Below, in pieces: positions 21,521-33,559 of a stretch of 64,000 bases of DNA. The stretch covers positions 353,276,001 to 353,340,000 of the forward strand of contig NC_088791.1 in assembly GCF_011386835.1 (NCBI RefSeq), read 5' to 3'. How positions within the stretch are numbered: the stretch's first letter is position 1; every line of letters starts with the position of its first letter. A program made the translations under genes and the position numbers. The DNA is from Chrysemys picta bellii. Taxonomy: Eukaryota. The notes beneath the pieces are model-generated. The model had not been told where the DNA came from. It worked only from the letters and a program-made list of their open reading frames with translations, and searched no databases.

Positions 21521-23320
21521 ATGTCCGAAAGCCGACGAGCCCCCGGGGCTAACCAGGCAGCCATCACCGCCGAGTCCGGCGGCGTCCTCAAGGTGACGGT
21601 GAAGACCCTGAAGCAGAAGGAGCAGTTTGAGGTAGCAGAGAGCAGCACCATCCGGGCGTTTAAGGACGAGGTCGCCAAGCGCTTCAAGGCTCCCTCTGAC
21701 CTGCTGGTGCTAATATTTGCTGGGAAGATCTTAAAGGACCAGGACACACTGAGCCAGCATGGAGTCCGCAGTGGATTCAGTATCCACCTTGTCATCCGGT
21801 CCCAAAAGAGGCCCCAGGACCACCCAGCTGAGCCGACGAATACTGCCACCCCACCGATGCCGTCCGCAAACAGCAGTGCTTCTAACCTGCTTGCCTGGGG
21901 GCGGGGCCCCGCTCTGCAGCACCTGGGCCTGAGCTACTCCAACGTGTCCGAGCTGCAGGGGCGCTTAGAAGAGCTGGTGGCCTCCAGCCGGGAGTTAGTG
22001 GCCCAGATCATGGAAAACCTCTTGTTTGAGATCATCAGTTCGGACCTGGATCTGAACACCATCAACAGCAACCCGTTCCTCTTGGGCTTCCTCATCGGGG
22101 TGACAGGCATGAGCATACTGGGTCTGGACCCAACCGATGTGTCAGATTTAATGAGCGAGGCCTCAGAGGCTGACGGTTCCATACAGAACTTGATGAGTGA
22201 GGTGGCACAGAATCCCATGGTGCAAAGCATCCTCACCAACACGGACCTGGTCCAGGAGATCCTTCTCTCCAACCCGCAGATGCAGCAGCTGGCCGAGCAA
22301 AACCCTGAGATTAATCACATTCTCCGCAACCCAGATTTCATCCGGGAAATGATTGAGGTCTCCAGCAGCCCGGCAATGCTGCAAGAAATTATCAGGAACC
22401 ATGACCGAGCCTTGAGCAACCTGGAGAGCATCCCGGGTGGATACAGCGCCCTGCAGCAGCTGTACAGCGAGATAGAGGAACCAATGATGAACGCCGTGCA
22501 AGCCCAGTTTGGGAGCAACCCGGCTGAATCATTGGAGAATAACCCACCCTTGGGTGGGGCCAGTCTGCCAGCCCGGATGGAAAACAGAGACCCTTTACCA
22601 AACCCTTGGGCCACTCGGACGAACAGGGCCGGTGATATTGGGAATAACCATGATAGCAATCGTACTAGCCATAGCAGAGGGCAGAACTTCATTGTCCTAA
22701 ATTTTGGGCCTGGAGCAGGCCCTGGGTTTGCCAACACAGGAGGAATTCAGAGTATGGTTCAGCAGCTAACAGGAAACCCAGAGTTCATGCAGAACATGGA
22801 GAGCGTGTTGTCCAATCCCAACGGCCCAGCACAGATGCTGCTGAATAATACCCACCTCTCCAATGATGGACGTTCTCGGCCTCAAGACGGAAGGACACAC
22901 CATGTCCCTCTGGAGTTGGAGAGCGCTGAAATCGCCCCCTTACTGACCAGCCCTAGAGCCATGCAGGCTTTGTTACAGATTCAGCTGGGCTTGCAGACGC
23001 TCTCGGCCGAGGTCCCAGATTTTATCCTAGGGCTGGGGGACCGGGACGTGGAACTGGAGCTGGAAAGCATGGAAGGGTCCGTTCCCAGTAGCGAGACCGA
23101 GGAGGACGTGAGTCTAGCATCAGACAAGGATGAACCTGAAGGCCAAGAGTGCGTGGATCAGCAGAGGCCAGACGTCAGATTTGAGCGCCAAATGGAGCAG
23201 CTCAGAACAATGGGCTTCCAGGACCGGGAAGCGAATTTACAGGCTCTGATCGACACGGAAGGGGAAATCAATGCAGCCATTGAGATGCTAACAAAGTCCC
23301 AGCCAAGCAAGATATTGTAA
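21521..23320 (+). CDS. UBQLN: Intronless ubiquilin-like protein P2, 599 aa: UBL, STI1, acidic linker, complete UBA
   Basis: ATG in gtcaccATG context at 21521 (the track's 21434 start is TTG). Contains [34 protein letters not shown] and the UBA PDVRFERQMEQLRTMGFQDREANLQALIDTEGEINAAIEML. Confidence 0.93.
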   Translation: MSESRRAPGANQAAITAESGGVLKVTVKTLKQKEQFEVAESSTIRAFKDEVAKRFKAPSDLLVLIFAGKILKDQDTLSQHGVRSGFSIHLVIRSQKRPQDHPAEPTNTATPPMPSANSSASNLLAWGRGPALQHLGLSYSNVSELQGRLEELVASSRELVAQIMENLLFEIISSDLDLNTINSNPFLLGFLIGVTGMSILGLDPTDVSDLMSEASEADGSIQNLMSEVAQNPMVQSILTNTDLVQEILLSNPQMQQLAEQNPEINHILRNPDFIREMIEVSSSPAMLQEIIRNHDRALSNLESIPGGYSALQQLYSEIEEPMMNAVQAQFGSNPAESLENNPPLGGASLPARMENRDPLPNPWATRTNRAGDIGNNHDSNRTSHSRGQNFIVLNFGPGAGPGFANTGGIQSMVQQLTGNPEFMQNMESVLSNPNGPAQMLLNNTHLSNDGRSRPQDGRTHHVPLELESAEIAPLLTSPRAMQALLQIQLGLQTLSAEVPDFILGLGDRDVELELESMEGSVPSSETEEDVSLASDKDEPEGQECVDQQRPDVRFERQMEQLRTMGFQDREANLQALIDTEGEINAAIEMLTKSQPSKIL

Positions 23321-24363
23321 CGTGTTCATTTTGCCTGTTGTAATTCTGTCTTGTTACATACTAAAAACAGCTTGGTGCATATTAAGGTAGCGTGCAACGG
23401 CTTGCTTCCAAAGTGCTCCCTCTTTGCACGTGTTTCATGCAGGGCCTGCCCGTTGTGCTAGGCATGGCACGTACCACATAAGAGTCAGTCCCTGCTCCAA
23501 AGAGCTTCTGATCTAAAGAGATGGGACAGGCACAGGGTGGGGGAAAGGAAATGTTTTTATTTCCATGTTACAGAGGGAAATTGAGGGTGGGGGGTCCCAG
23601 AGCACAGGCCCCAGCCCAAGCCTGAATGTCTACACAGCAGTTTTTAGCCCTGCAGTCCAAGCCCTGCAAGTTTGAGTCAGCTGACCTGGGCCAACTGTGT
23701 AGATGTATGCTAAGTGACTTGACCCGGGTCATCCAGAAAGTCTGTGGCAGGGCCAGGAATTTGACCCAACTCTCCCGAGTCACCTAATCCAGCTCATGAA
23801 TTGCACCCTTCCTTCGCCTGGCTCGGCAAGGGGTGTGATTTCCAACACTGGATTTGCTGTCACCGCTGTGTGACTTGGTTTCGTGTGACTCACGGTGCAG
23901 TCATTCCATTTGTTCTGCTTCAGAAGACCTAGTCCTCGTGGGAGGAGCAGCCCGACTAACGGGAATTGATCGGAGCCAGGATTGGGAAGCCAGGGTCACA
24001 GCCTCTAAGTGAAGTTTGCAAACAAGCTTCCAGTGTTAGTCATCTCTTTGCCCCCCAGCCCTGTATGCTGCTTGTAACCACCACTTCTGCTCCAACCACA
24101 TCTGCCGCCCAGGGCTCCGGCCACAGCTCAATGCCTCCTTGGTCCCAGTGGCTCTAAGTTTCTCAGTCCAGTCCCCAGGAGACTCGGATTGATCGGGCAG
24201 CTGGGCATAGTGTGGAGACTGCACGGCTTGTGTTGGTTGGTGGGTTTTCTTTGGATTTCTAACAATGGGCGTGGGAGACACAAAGGGCCGATGCCTCTTG
24301 CGTATATTTCAAAATACAGCCATGAGACCTGATCTCCTCTAAGCCCCAGAGCAATCCGGTGTC

Positions 24364-24760
24364 ATGAGAACGGCCACACTGGATCAGAGCAATGGTCCAT
24401 CTAGCCCAGCACCCTGTCTACTAACAGGGGTTAGTGCCAGGTGCTTCCGAGGGAATGACCAGAGCAGGGCAGTTACCATATGATCCATTCCCTGTCATCC
24501 AGTCCCAGCTTCTGACACTGAGAGGCTTAGGGACACCCAGAGCGTGGGGCTGCGTCCCTGTCCATCCTGGCCAATAGCCATTGATGGACCTGTCCTCCAT
24601 GAATTTATGTAATCCCTTATTGAGCCCAGTTATACTTTTGGCCTTCACAACATCCTCTGGCAATGAGTTCCACAGGTTGACAGTGCGTTGTGTGAAGAAA
24701 TACTTCCTCCTGTTTGTTTCAAACCTGCTGCCTGTTAATGTCACTGGGTGACCCCCTCCC
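24364..24760 (-). mobile_element. CR1 3' fragment
   Basis: Minus frame reads RKYFFTQRTVNLWNSLPEDVV, plus the catgagaacggcc tail region. Confidence 0.85.
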
Positions 24761-24889
24761 GGTTCATTGTGTGGAGGGGTAAATAACATTTTCCTCCCCA
24801 GGCAAGTCATTCCAGGTCTACCCGTTAACGGTGCTGCTGAGGTGGAGTAGCTCAAAGGACAGTTATGTAATGCCTGTAATGCCATCCCA

Positions 24890-25501
24890 CAGCTGTTCTC
24901 AAACTTGGCCACCAGGGGCTTTTCTTGCAGCCACAGCCCCCTGGGCTGTTACTGGGGGGAAAGTAGCAGCCCCTCCCTGTTGCTCTTGGATGCACCGCCT
25001 TGGTGTTGGTTGCTGGGGCCGCCAGCAGTAGATGGCCCCTGCTCCCCCTGGGGCACAACACTGGGGGACCAGGCAGCCCGTGACTTCTCCACCTTCCTGG
25101 GGTGATGGGGTTCAGGCTTCGGGCTTCAGCCTTGGGGTGGCAGGGCAAAGGGGCGACAGGCTCTGACCACGAGGCTTTGGGCTCCAGCCCCCACCCACCC
25201 CCATTGCCCTTGGCTCTTGCTGCCTCCCCCGACCCCCCATCCAGGGCTTAATTTGTCCCCAGGCTTGCCAGGGCTGAGTCAGTCTACTGTGAAAAGCAAC
25301 ACTTGTATGCTTGTTAATATCGCTTTTCACAACAGCCTTAGCTGGCAATAAACCAATGACAATGATTTGGCCGTGTCTATGCACATATTTATTTGTCCTA
25401 AAGCTAATCAAGTATTTTAGGAAAATGTGTGAGAGCGGCCACCAGCAAGAGTTGGTGACCACACTCTGTGACCACCACAAATGTTGTCCTGAAAAACCCT
25501 G
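24890..25501. mobile_element. Third copy of the hAT family seen at 6036 and 19597
   Basis: Starts cagctgttctcaaacttggccaccagggg and shares the ccatccagggcttaatttgtc...ggccaccagcaagagttggtg block. No TSD was found. Confidence 0.65.
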
Positions 25502-26470
25502 AAGAGACTGTCAAACCGGGGCTTGTTTCCTTATAAAACCTCTCCACGGGGAAAGGGAATAAGAGGGAGTGTTAAAAACGAAAGCCTCACCTCATACTTT
25601 CCATTGCAAAGGTTTTCACGCTTTCCCCCTCTTTTTTGGTGTCTTTAATAAAAGTAGACAGATTCGTAATGGTGGCTGTTACCCTGGGAGCCACCAGTGA
25701 TAACTGGGCACAAAATCCTGGACTGCATTGAACTGTTTAATGCTGCAATGTTCATATACCCCTTAGCCCTAGGTGGGCCCCTTTTCAGCCCCCCAGTGGT
25801 CATCCAAAGCTCGGAATGAAATGTTCCTTGGATGCCCGCAGCGCCTTGCAGGGGGCAGATGGATTTGATGTGTCATGGAGACTTGCTCATCTGCACATGG
25901 TTAAACCGAATCGCCAGATGTGAGGGTAAGAAACAGGAAACAGATTGGGAGGATTCTGGGAAGAAGGATGGTCACTTTCCTCTGATCCAAAGTCAACTGA
26001 AGTCAATTTCAGTGGGCTTGGAATCAACATGTCGCTGACGGTCTAAGATTCAGCATGTCGGCTACACAGTCACTGAGCCACACCTTCCCCATCTGTAAAA
26101 TGGGCACGGTGACACCACCCTCCCTTCCTGGACGTTTCTGAAGTATCACTCCAAGCATCTTCTGTATAAGGCGCTACATAGTTTACAAAAGCTCTTCTTC
26201 CCTGGGAGCTCTGCAGAAGAAAGAGCTCACATGGTTTTTATCGACCCCATGACAAGGAATGGAGTTTAGGTCTTCTCCTGCCCTCGCATTTGGCTAACCT
26301 TCCTTGGTGATTTTCATAGCAATCCCTAGGTGCCTGCAGTCAGGAGCCTACATAAGAAGCCTGATTTTCAAAACCACTGGGTCCCCCGGCCGCCCCCGGG
26401 GGCGTGAGTGAGAACAGCTGGGCGCTCGGCAGGAGCCGGACTTTATGTTTGACGATCTTGGCCTGATGCA

Positions 26471-26593
26471 TAGGGTGACCAGATGTCCCGATTTTATAGG
26501 GACAGACCCGAATTTGGGGTCTTTTTCTTCGATAGGCTCCTATTACCCTCCACCCCCGTCCCGATTTTTTACACTGGCTGTCTGGTCACCCCA
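26471..26593. mobile_element. hAT-Blackjack-like MITE
   Basis: TIRs TAGGGTGACCAGA / TCTGGTCACCCCA with internal gtcccgatt repeats. Confidence 0.75.
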
Positions 26594-27211
26594 CATGCCA
26601 CGCAGCCTTGTCCCGCGGCGTGCAGCGATACTAGACACGTGCACAAGTCAGGTGAACTCCTGCTCCTGTTAATATTTAACGCTAGGATAAATGATACAGG
26701 CATTGCAGGCTGCAGCGCTGGAAAAGCGTCCGGACGGGGAGGAGGTGGTGAAGTCAGAGTTGCTACCGGGAGCTCCAGCAGTGGAAGGGCGGCACCCCGC
26801 TTCGCAGCTGTGACCCACGCGCTCCGTTTTCTGTCGCGTCAATCAGGCCAATCCAGATTACATTTAGATTCAAAGTAATTGGCTGTGCCCTGCTCTGGGG
26901 CATATGCAGATTGAAAACAAGCACAAAAACCCCACCAGGTCTATCAGAATCTCAGCAGGATACGCCAAAGGGCCCGCAGCAAAGGCAATTACACACCACA
27001 GCATTTTGCTAACAAAATAACCCCCAAACCGACACCCCTCCCCCAACCCAACAAAAAATGCTGGCAGCAGATGCTGCGGAGGGAGGGATAAGAGCACTGG
27101 AGGAGTGGGACAACCTGCCCCTCACCGAGATGGAATCCTGGTCTCTAGTCGACTTACGTTCTGAAGCACAGGGTTGAATTTCCCTGCCAACTGTTGAGTT
27201 GTCATTAGCTA

Positions 27212-27905
27212 TGTGATGAAGTGGGGTGTTTCCCTTTGTTATGTTGCCTGTGAGTCTTACTGTCCTGTACTAATACGGTGTGTGCCTCAGTTTCCCTGTG
27301 TGCTGCACCAATGCCTAGCTGGTGGGAACTGGGTGTGTGACTTTTGCTGAGGCCCTCGGGGGCAGGTCAGGCTGCCCGATGCCCTTTGTAACCTGAGACC
27401 CAAGAGGGGGATGCGACCAGGTGACACTTTGCTGGGGAGGCAGGACAAAGCCCAGGGGAGGAGCCACGGCCATATTGGAGGCCAGGCAGCGGGGGCCAGG
27501 GCAGTCTGCTGTGGGGGACTTGGGGAGGGGGGAGTCCAGGGTGTCTGGCCCAGGATTCCCCCAAGATGGGCTTGGCTGAAAGTCACTGATTTCTCTGCTA
27601 ACAAGCTCTGTTCTACGCTGTGATCCTGTCGACTAATAAACCTTCCGTTTTACACACTGGCTGAGAGTCACGGCTGACTGCGGCGTGGGGGTGCAGGGCC
27701 CTCTGGCTTCCCCAGGAGCCCGCCCGGGTGGACACGCTGTGGGAAGCGCCTGGTCAATGGGGGTGCTGAATGCTCTGAAGTCAGACCCAGGAAGGCCGAA
27801 GCCACGTAGGCTTCTTACCCTGGCAACAGTGGGCATACTACCCCAGAGTCCTGCCTGGCTTCATTTGGAGCAGCTCCAGTGCGTCGGCCCGGTGACTCCG
27901 GGACA
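27212..27905 (+). mobile_element. Solo LTR
   Basis: TG...CA termini, a 5-bp TSD AGCTA (27207-27211 and 27906-27910), and an internal AATAAA near 27636. Confidence 0.9.
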
Positions 27906-30321
27906 AGCTATGATCCCTCCAGACCTTTTCAGTTTCACTCAGTGCCGCGTTGTTCTTGTGTTAGGAGACAGGGAGCGCAGCAGCTCCCAAGCGCCCGTCT
28001 CCAAACCATTCATTATTGTCTAGACTTTTATTTCATCGTTTGGGCCATGCTCCAACCTGCACATTTCATCCCCTGCCAGCTCCTGGCCCAAAGAATAACT
28101 CTGATTAACCAGCTGTCTTACCCTGGAGTCATAGAGGCCTCTAAAGGTGGGAGCTGGCCTAGCGTGTAACCCACTGGGGAGCGTGGATTAGGAGTCCCAA
28201 GCTGTGCCCAGCCACAGAGGACAGGAATCTGCTCCAGACCCACCCTGAGCGCCTGGGTCTTTAGCTCTCTGGGCGCCCGTGCCAGTGGGTACTATCTCAC
28301 CAGCAGAGATGGCAGAACAGAGCCCAGGGCCCAGCACTTGGGGCTTGTCTGCACCGGGGTGTTGTTTGGTGGGATATATTTTTGCACAGAACCTTTTGTG
28401 GAATCACGCACCTGAAATAATTGCGTCCACACGGCCGGCTCCACCTACTTGCCGCTGAATCAGCGCGAACCTGTCGCCGCACTGACTCCATCCCCGTCGC
28501 AGCTCACAACAAAGGGGCCAGTTCATCTGAAAGAACCACAACGCGTTGGCACAAGTAATTTTCATGCAAAAAAATTCAATGCAAAACACACGCACACATG
28601 GACACACACGCACAGAGCCATGGAGACAAGCCTTGCGCGTGAGCTGCTGTGCCCAGGAGGGGGGTTTTGTCGAGAGGGAACAGACTCAGGCCCCAGGAAG
28701 CCTGTGCTTGGTTCCTCGCTCTGCCACAGGTTTACTCTGAGGCCTTGGGCAAGTCACTGAAGCAGAAATTTTCTACCTTGGACACTAATTTTGGGTGCCC
28801 GGACTTAAGGTCCCTCCTGTAGGTCACTTTTGGAAAATGTGGCCTTAATTTCTCTGTCCCTCAGATCTCCGTCTGTTACATGGAGACGCGAACCTTCCCT
28901 GCCTCACAAGGTGGGGGGCATGAGGACATAGTCACAGACACGTGGGAGGCATCCAGGTATTTGGGCACCTGCCTGCATGTTTAGGCACCAAGTACCTTTA
29001 AAAATCTGGCCTTCAGATACCACAGTGTTGGGGAACTAACTAGAGAGGCTAGTTAGCTAGTTAGCTTGGCTCGGTAGTTAGGACAGCTAGGTAGCTAGGA
29101 TAGATAACAGGACCAAATCCACCTTGATATCAACAATGTTGAGAAACACTGATCTAGAGAGCTCAAACCATCCTGCAAGAGCCAATTAAAACTCGCCATC
29201 CTAGGATGCCGATAGGAAAGGAGTATGGAGAATTTGTGACTTACCCAAGAGAAAGTCACCAGCCACACTGAGAAAGGAGACCAGGTCTAGTGCCCCATCG
29301 GCTAGACTGCACAGCCTCCTTACGTGAGTATCAACCCCTTACATGATGATGATTATTCACTATTTGTATTATTGTAGTGCTTAGGAGCCGATGGACCAAA
29401 ACCCCGCTGTGCTGGGTGCTGTACAAACACAGACCAAAAAGACAGTCCGTGCCCCAAGGAGCTCACAAGGTAGGTATGAGACAAGAGAGAAGAGATGGAT
29501 ACAGCCCGATGAGGAAACACAACATTGAGACAATACTGGTCAGCATGAAGGTCTCAGCACAGCAGCAATCTAAGCACTGGCAAGTTTTTTTGTAGCCTCA
29601 CAGCAAAGGGGAGTTTTGAGGTGGGATTTGAAAGAGGGCCAGAAAGTGGGTTTGTGGATGTTGAGGGGGGAGTTCTCCCTTGTGTCCAGAGCAGCCCCCA
29701 GAATCAACGCGGTGGAGGGCCTGGCACAGCCCGGATCCTTCACATCCTGTGCTCGGGTTAGGCAACGCAGGAGCTTCCTACACAACCAACGCCGGGATAA
29801 TTGCGCGGCAGGGTTGGGAGCTCGTGTCCAGCTGAAGAGAACAGGTGGTTTTGGGTCGTGGCCCTCCCCTGGAGATCCAGTAGTTAGGGACCTAAAAAGA
29901 CCCTCTGATAATCAACCATGAAGACAAGCAGTGGAAGGAGAGACCAACTCCTCCATGGGTTCCTCTGCCCACCACTGTCCCTCCCTTGTGTGGCTGGAGC
30001 TTAGGCCATCAGTAAACAGATGGGTGCTACAAATGACAGCACGTCAATTACGGCTGGAGGCTAATATTTTAATAGGAAATTAATTTTTGAGAGCTGTAGG
30101 CCCGACAGACCAATGCTCATGGAGTAATGATCGCTGATAGTCACACTGCACCCTAAGCTTGCTTTGAACTCAGAGGCATTGATTCCCCACTGCTTGAAGA
30201 AAACTACTGCTCAGGACGCATCGTGATCAGCTTTAGTTTATAGCAAGAGAGAGTAACAAGAGTCCAAAGGACAGAGCCCCAACCAGCTTAGTCTTCAGAG
30301 CCAACAGCAAAAACAGAACGG

Positions 30322-32010
30322 CTAACGTGGCCAGGATGGCTGGGAGCCCAGTAGTTTGTCTATCGCAGCGTTGATGTCTCCACCAGCCTCTCTCAGAGCT
30401 TGTACGTTGGCTTCGTGGTTCAGGAAACCCATTACGTAGAGCTGCTCCAGCTGCTGCTGGAATTGGGCTTCGGGAGTTTGGGGAAGCGGGGGGCTTCCTT
30501 GACCAAGACCCTGCGCGATTTGCCCAATGTTACAGGGCTGGCACCCCGACTCAGCTGATCCTGGTGCTGGGGTTGCATTCTCACGTGGCTCAGAACCAGT
30601 CCTGGGTACTTCTCTGCCATCGGCAGGGCTCCCCGCTGCCCCTGAGCCAGGAGCGCTGCCTCGGGCGAACCTTAGCACCTCCATCCCCAGGGTCTGGAAA
30701 CCCTGCTGAATCTGGATCAGAGCCTTGGTGGCTCTCGGGTTTGCCATCAGTAACAGCATGTCTGGGCTGCGCAGCAGCTGGAGGAGGGCTTGGAGCTCCC
30801 GTGCTACTTCTTGTTGGGGATGCGGGATACCAACGAACCGGGGGTTACTCAGCATGAAGTGCACGATGAGACTGGGGTTCTGGCTCAGGGCCTGCATTAT
30901 ATTCCTCATGTAGGGGACAGACAGGACGCTCTGGAAAGACAGGGCATTCCTGGGTTTCTCTTGCAAGGCGTTCTGCACTTCTGGCGGGTTACACATCCCA
31001 GCTGCGACTCCAGGTCCCCCAGGCGGCACCCAGGGGCTCTGCCCCATACTGCAGTTTGGGCTGTTGCTGACATGAATACCCCCAACGTCAGTGCCTTGGT
31101 TGCGATGGGGGATGCAACTCTGTGGACCAAACTGAGAGGCCCAAGGGTTCGGTAAAGGGTCTCTGTTTTCTGTGTGGGATGGTTGGCTGAGCCCCGCTGG
31201 GGGCGGCTTGTTCCGGGGTGGGTCACTCCCACACTGCGCCTCTGGTCTGTTCAGCGTTGGCGTCGGAGTATCAGGGAGCATTTGCCACAAGACTTTGTCT
31301 CCACCCAGCAGCATAGTCTGGCTCCTGTTTGTCAGTATTTCCTGCATCATCGCTGGGTTCCTAATGAACTCGATCATTTCTCGCAGGAGGGCTGGGTTGT
31401 TCCAGATGTGTCTGACCTCTGGATTCTGCTGCACAAACTGCTGGAAGAGGGGGTTTTCCCTTAAGAACCGTGTTATCAGGTCGGCGTTTGACAGCATGCT
31501 TTGGACAAAGGGATTTTCCAGAATCTGTAGCATCATCTCAGGGTTGACCACCAGCAGCTGCTGGAGCTCATTTAGGACACCTAAAATGCTGGGTGCGTTC
31601 CCACCTAGCACGCTCAGATCTGCCAGCCCAGCTGAGCCAGGAGCGCCTCTGCCCAGGGACGTGCCGTTGGGTGGTGCAGGGAGGGTGGCAGCATGCGTGC
31701 TGGCGTTCGTTTGCTGAGCTTCCTGGTCCTCTGCTCTCGTTTGTGGCCTGATGACGAGGTGGATGGTGAATCCATCATGGATCCCGGCTTGGCTGAGAGT
31801 ATCTCGGTCGTTCACAATCTTCCCAGCAAAGATCAAGAGGAGCAGGTTGGTGGGAGCACGGAAGCGCTTGGCGATTTCGCCCCGAAAGTCGGCGATGGTG
31901 CTGTTCTCCCACACTGAAAACTCCTCCCTTTCCTTGAGGGTCTTCACCGTCACTTTGATGATCTGGGGCTCTGCAGCGGTGCCGCCAGAGCCCTGTCCAT
32001 TTCCAGCCAT
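30322..32010 (-). CDS. UBQLN: Intronless ubiquilin-like protein P3, 562 aa, complete UBL-STI1-UBA
   Basis: ATG in gccATGG at 32010 (the track's 32019 start is GTG). Contains [30 protein letters not shown] and the [49 protein letters not shown]. Confidence 0.93.
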   Translation of the reverse strand: MAGNGQGSGGTAAEPQIIKVTVKTLKEREEFSVWENSTIADFRGEIAKRFRAPTNLLLLIFAGKIVNDRDTLSQAGIHDGFTIHLVIRPQTRAEDQEAQQTNASTHAATLPAPPNGTSLGRGAPGSAGLADLSVLGGNAPSILGVLNELQQLLVVNPEMMLQILENPFVQSMLSNADLITRFLRENPLFQQFVQQNPEVRHIWNNPALLREMIEFIRNPAMMQEILTNRSQTMLLGGDKVLWQMLPDTPTPTLNRPEAQCGSDPPRNKPPPAGLSQPSHTENRDPLPNPWASQFGPQSCIPHRNQGTDVGGIHVSNSPNCSMGQSPWVPPGGPGVAAGMCNPPEVQNALQEKPRNALSFQSVLSVPYMRNIMQALSQNPSLIVHFMLSNPRFVGIPHPQQEVARELQALLQLLRSPDMLLLMANPRATKALIQIQQGFQTLGMEVLRFARGSAPGSGAAGSPADGREVPRTGSEPRENATPAPGSAESGCQPCNIGQIAQGLGQGSPPLPQTPEAQFQQQLEQLYVMGFLNHEANVQALREAGGDINAAIDKLLGSQPSWPR

Positions 32011-32173
32011 GGCTAACACGATGCTGGTCCCTTCCCGAAAAGCAGAGAGACCAGAGACTTAGAGGGGCTGGGGATGTCTAGGGACCAAATCCAGAGCACT
32101 CATGTCAGCTGGTGCGCCGCCCCATGCTGCTCCCCTGCTCACAGCTTCCTAACCTCCTGGCTTGCCCGGTGGA

Positions 32174-32218
32174 CTGTGACATCCCTGCTGATGTCACTGT
32201 GAGCAAGAAACCACATGG
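32174..32218 (-). promoter_or_regulatory. Conserved UBQLN upstream module, P3 copy
   Basis: Minus strand reads ccatgtggtttctt-gctcacagTGACATCAgcagGGATGTCAcag. Confidence 0.6.
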
Positions 32219-32299
32219 ACACCTGCCTTATTCCCCGTGCATAGGCATAGGTAGAAGAGAGGTCCTGGAGGCCAAACGTAGCCTGCTAGGTAAGAAATT

Positions 32300-32802
32300 G
32301 AATCATAGAATCATAGAATATCAGAACTGGAAGGGACCTCAGGAGGTCATCTAGTCCAACCCCCTGCTCAAAGCAGGACCAATTCCCAACTAAATCATCC
32401 CAGCCAGGGCTTTGTCAAGCCTGACTTTAAAAGCCTCTAAGGAAGGAGATTCCACCACCTCCCTAGGTAACCCATTCCAGTGTTTCACCACCTTCCTAGT
32501 GAAAAAGTTTTTTCCTAATATCCAACTTAAACCTCCCCCACTGCAACTTGAGACCATTGCTCCTTGTTCTGTCATCAGGTGCCACTGAGAACAGTCTAGA
32601 TCCATCCTCTTTGGAACCCCCTTTCAGGTAGTTGAAAGCAGCTATCAAATCCCCCCCCCCCATTCTTCTCTTCTGCAGACTAAACAATCCCAGTTCCCTC
32701 AGCCTCTCCTCATAAGTCATGTGCTCCAGCCCCTATCCAGACCCCACACGCTGTCTTTTTGTTGCCCTCCACTGGACTCTTTCCAATTTTTCCACATCCT
32801 TC
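32300..32802 (-). mobile_element. CR1 3' fragment (duplicated at 50929-51430)
   Basis: gaatcatagaatcatagaat tail. Minus frame reads [17 protein letters not shown]. Confidence 0.9.
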
Positions 32803-33559
32803 TGATTTTCCCTCTGTGTGGTTCCTCGCTAGAACTTGGAAAGGTTAAAATGTCAGGCGTGCCCCGGCCTGCTGAGGAGGGCGCTGACCCCAGGGCTGGA
32901 ACCCAACCTGTGAACACATATCCAGACCCCGCGCGCTGTCTCCCCGGCGTACGCCCTCCTGTGAGGCCCTGCGGTGGTGCTGCTGTAGGTGAGCCCTTCG
33001 CCCCCAGAAGCCAGTCTCCGGGGACGCCCGTCTCTCCGCTTTCTCTTTGCCGGCCAGTGGAGGATGCTGAGCTGTTGGGACTGCAGACACCCCAGTGGGG
33101 CAGACATGGGGGGAAAGGAGGGTCTGTAAAAATGTCCCCCACAAGAACCCAGAGTAGTTCTGTGCTGTGGGGAAAGCTGAGAGGGCGTGGACGGGTTGGA
33201 TATGTCCATTCATTCCACCACCAGCCCCCACATGGGCAGGGGATGGGGAGTTTCTCTGGCCACTCCAGTCCCAGCTGTCTGTCACTTTGGGGATGAATTT
33301 TTCCATGCTGTTCAGACCCACTGGAAGACTCTGTCCACAGCCCGTCACAGGGCTGCCCTGGCATCATCTCCCTGTGCCTGGGAGAGGTGGGGTCAGGGCT
33401 CTGCCCATGGGCAGGGGTATATGGTCTGCAGCCACTACTGATGGCCCAGGATTTGGCTGCTCCCATCCCCACTGCTGCGTCTTCATCCAGGAAGATCTTT
33501 GGCATCGATTGGCTTCCCGAAAACCTCATGTGCCCTGCCTGGTCCCTCTGTGATGTCAT
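32717..33559 (-). other. Unassigned 280-codon ORF, also open in the duplicate (51342-52154)
   Basis: ATGs at 33559 and 33529. No recognisable domain. The last ~30 codons are out-of-frame CR1. Confidence 0.2.

Noticed and set aside
23320-23450. Retroposition hallmarks (polyA tail, TSD, canonical AATAAA) after the UBQLN ORFs
   Set aside because: None was convincingly found after P1, P2 or P3. Retrogene origin is inferred only from the intronless CDS.
26600-28700. CpG-containing stretches with a CCAAT between P2 and P3
   Set aside because: No ORF, splice pattern or paralogous conservation supports a gene or promoter.
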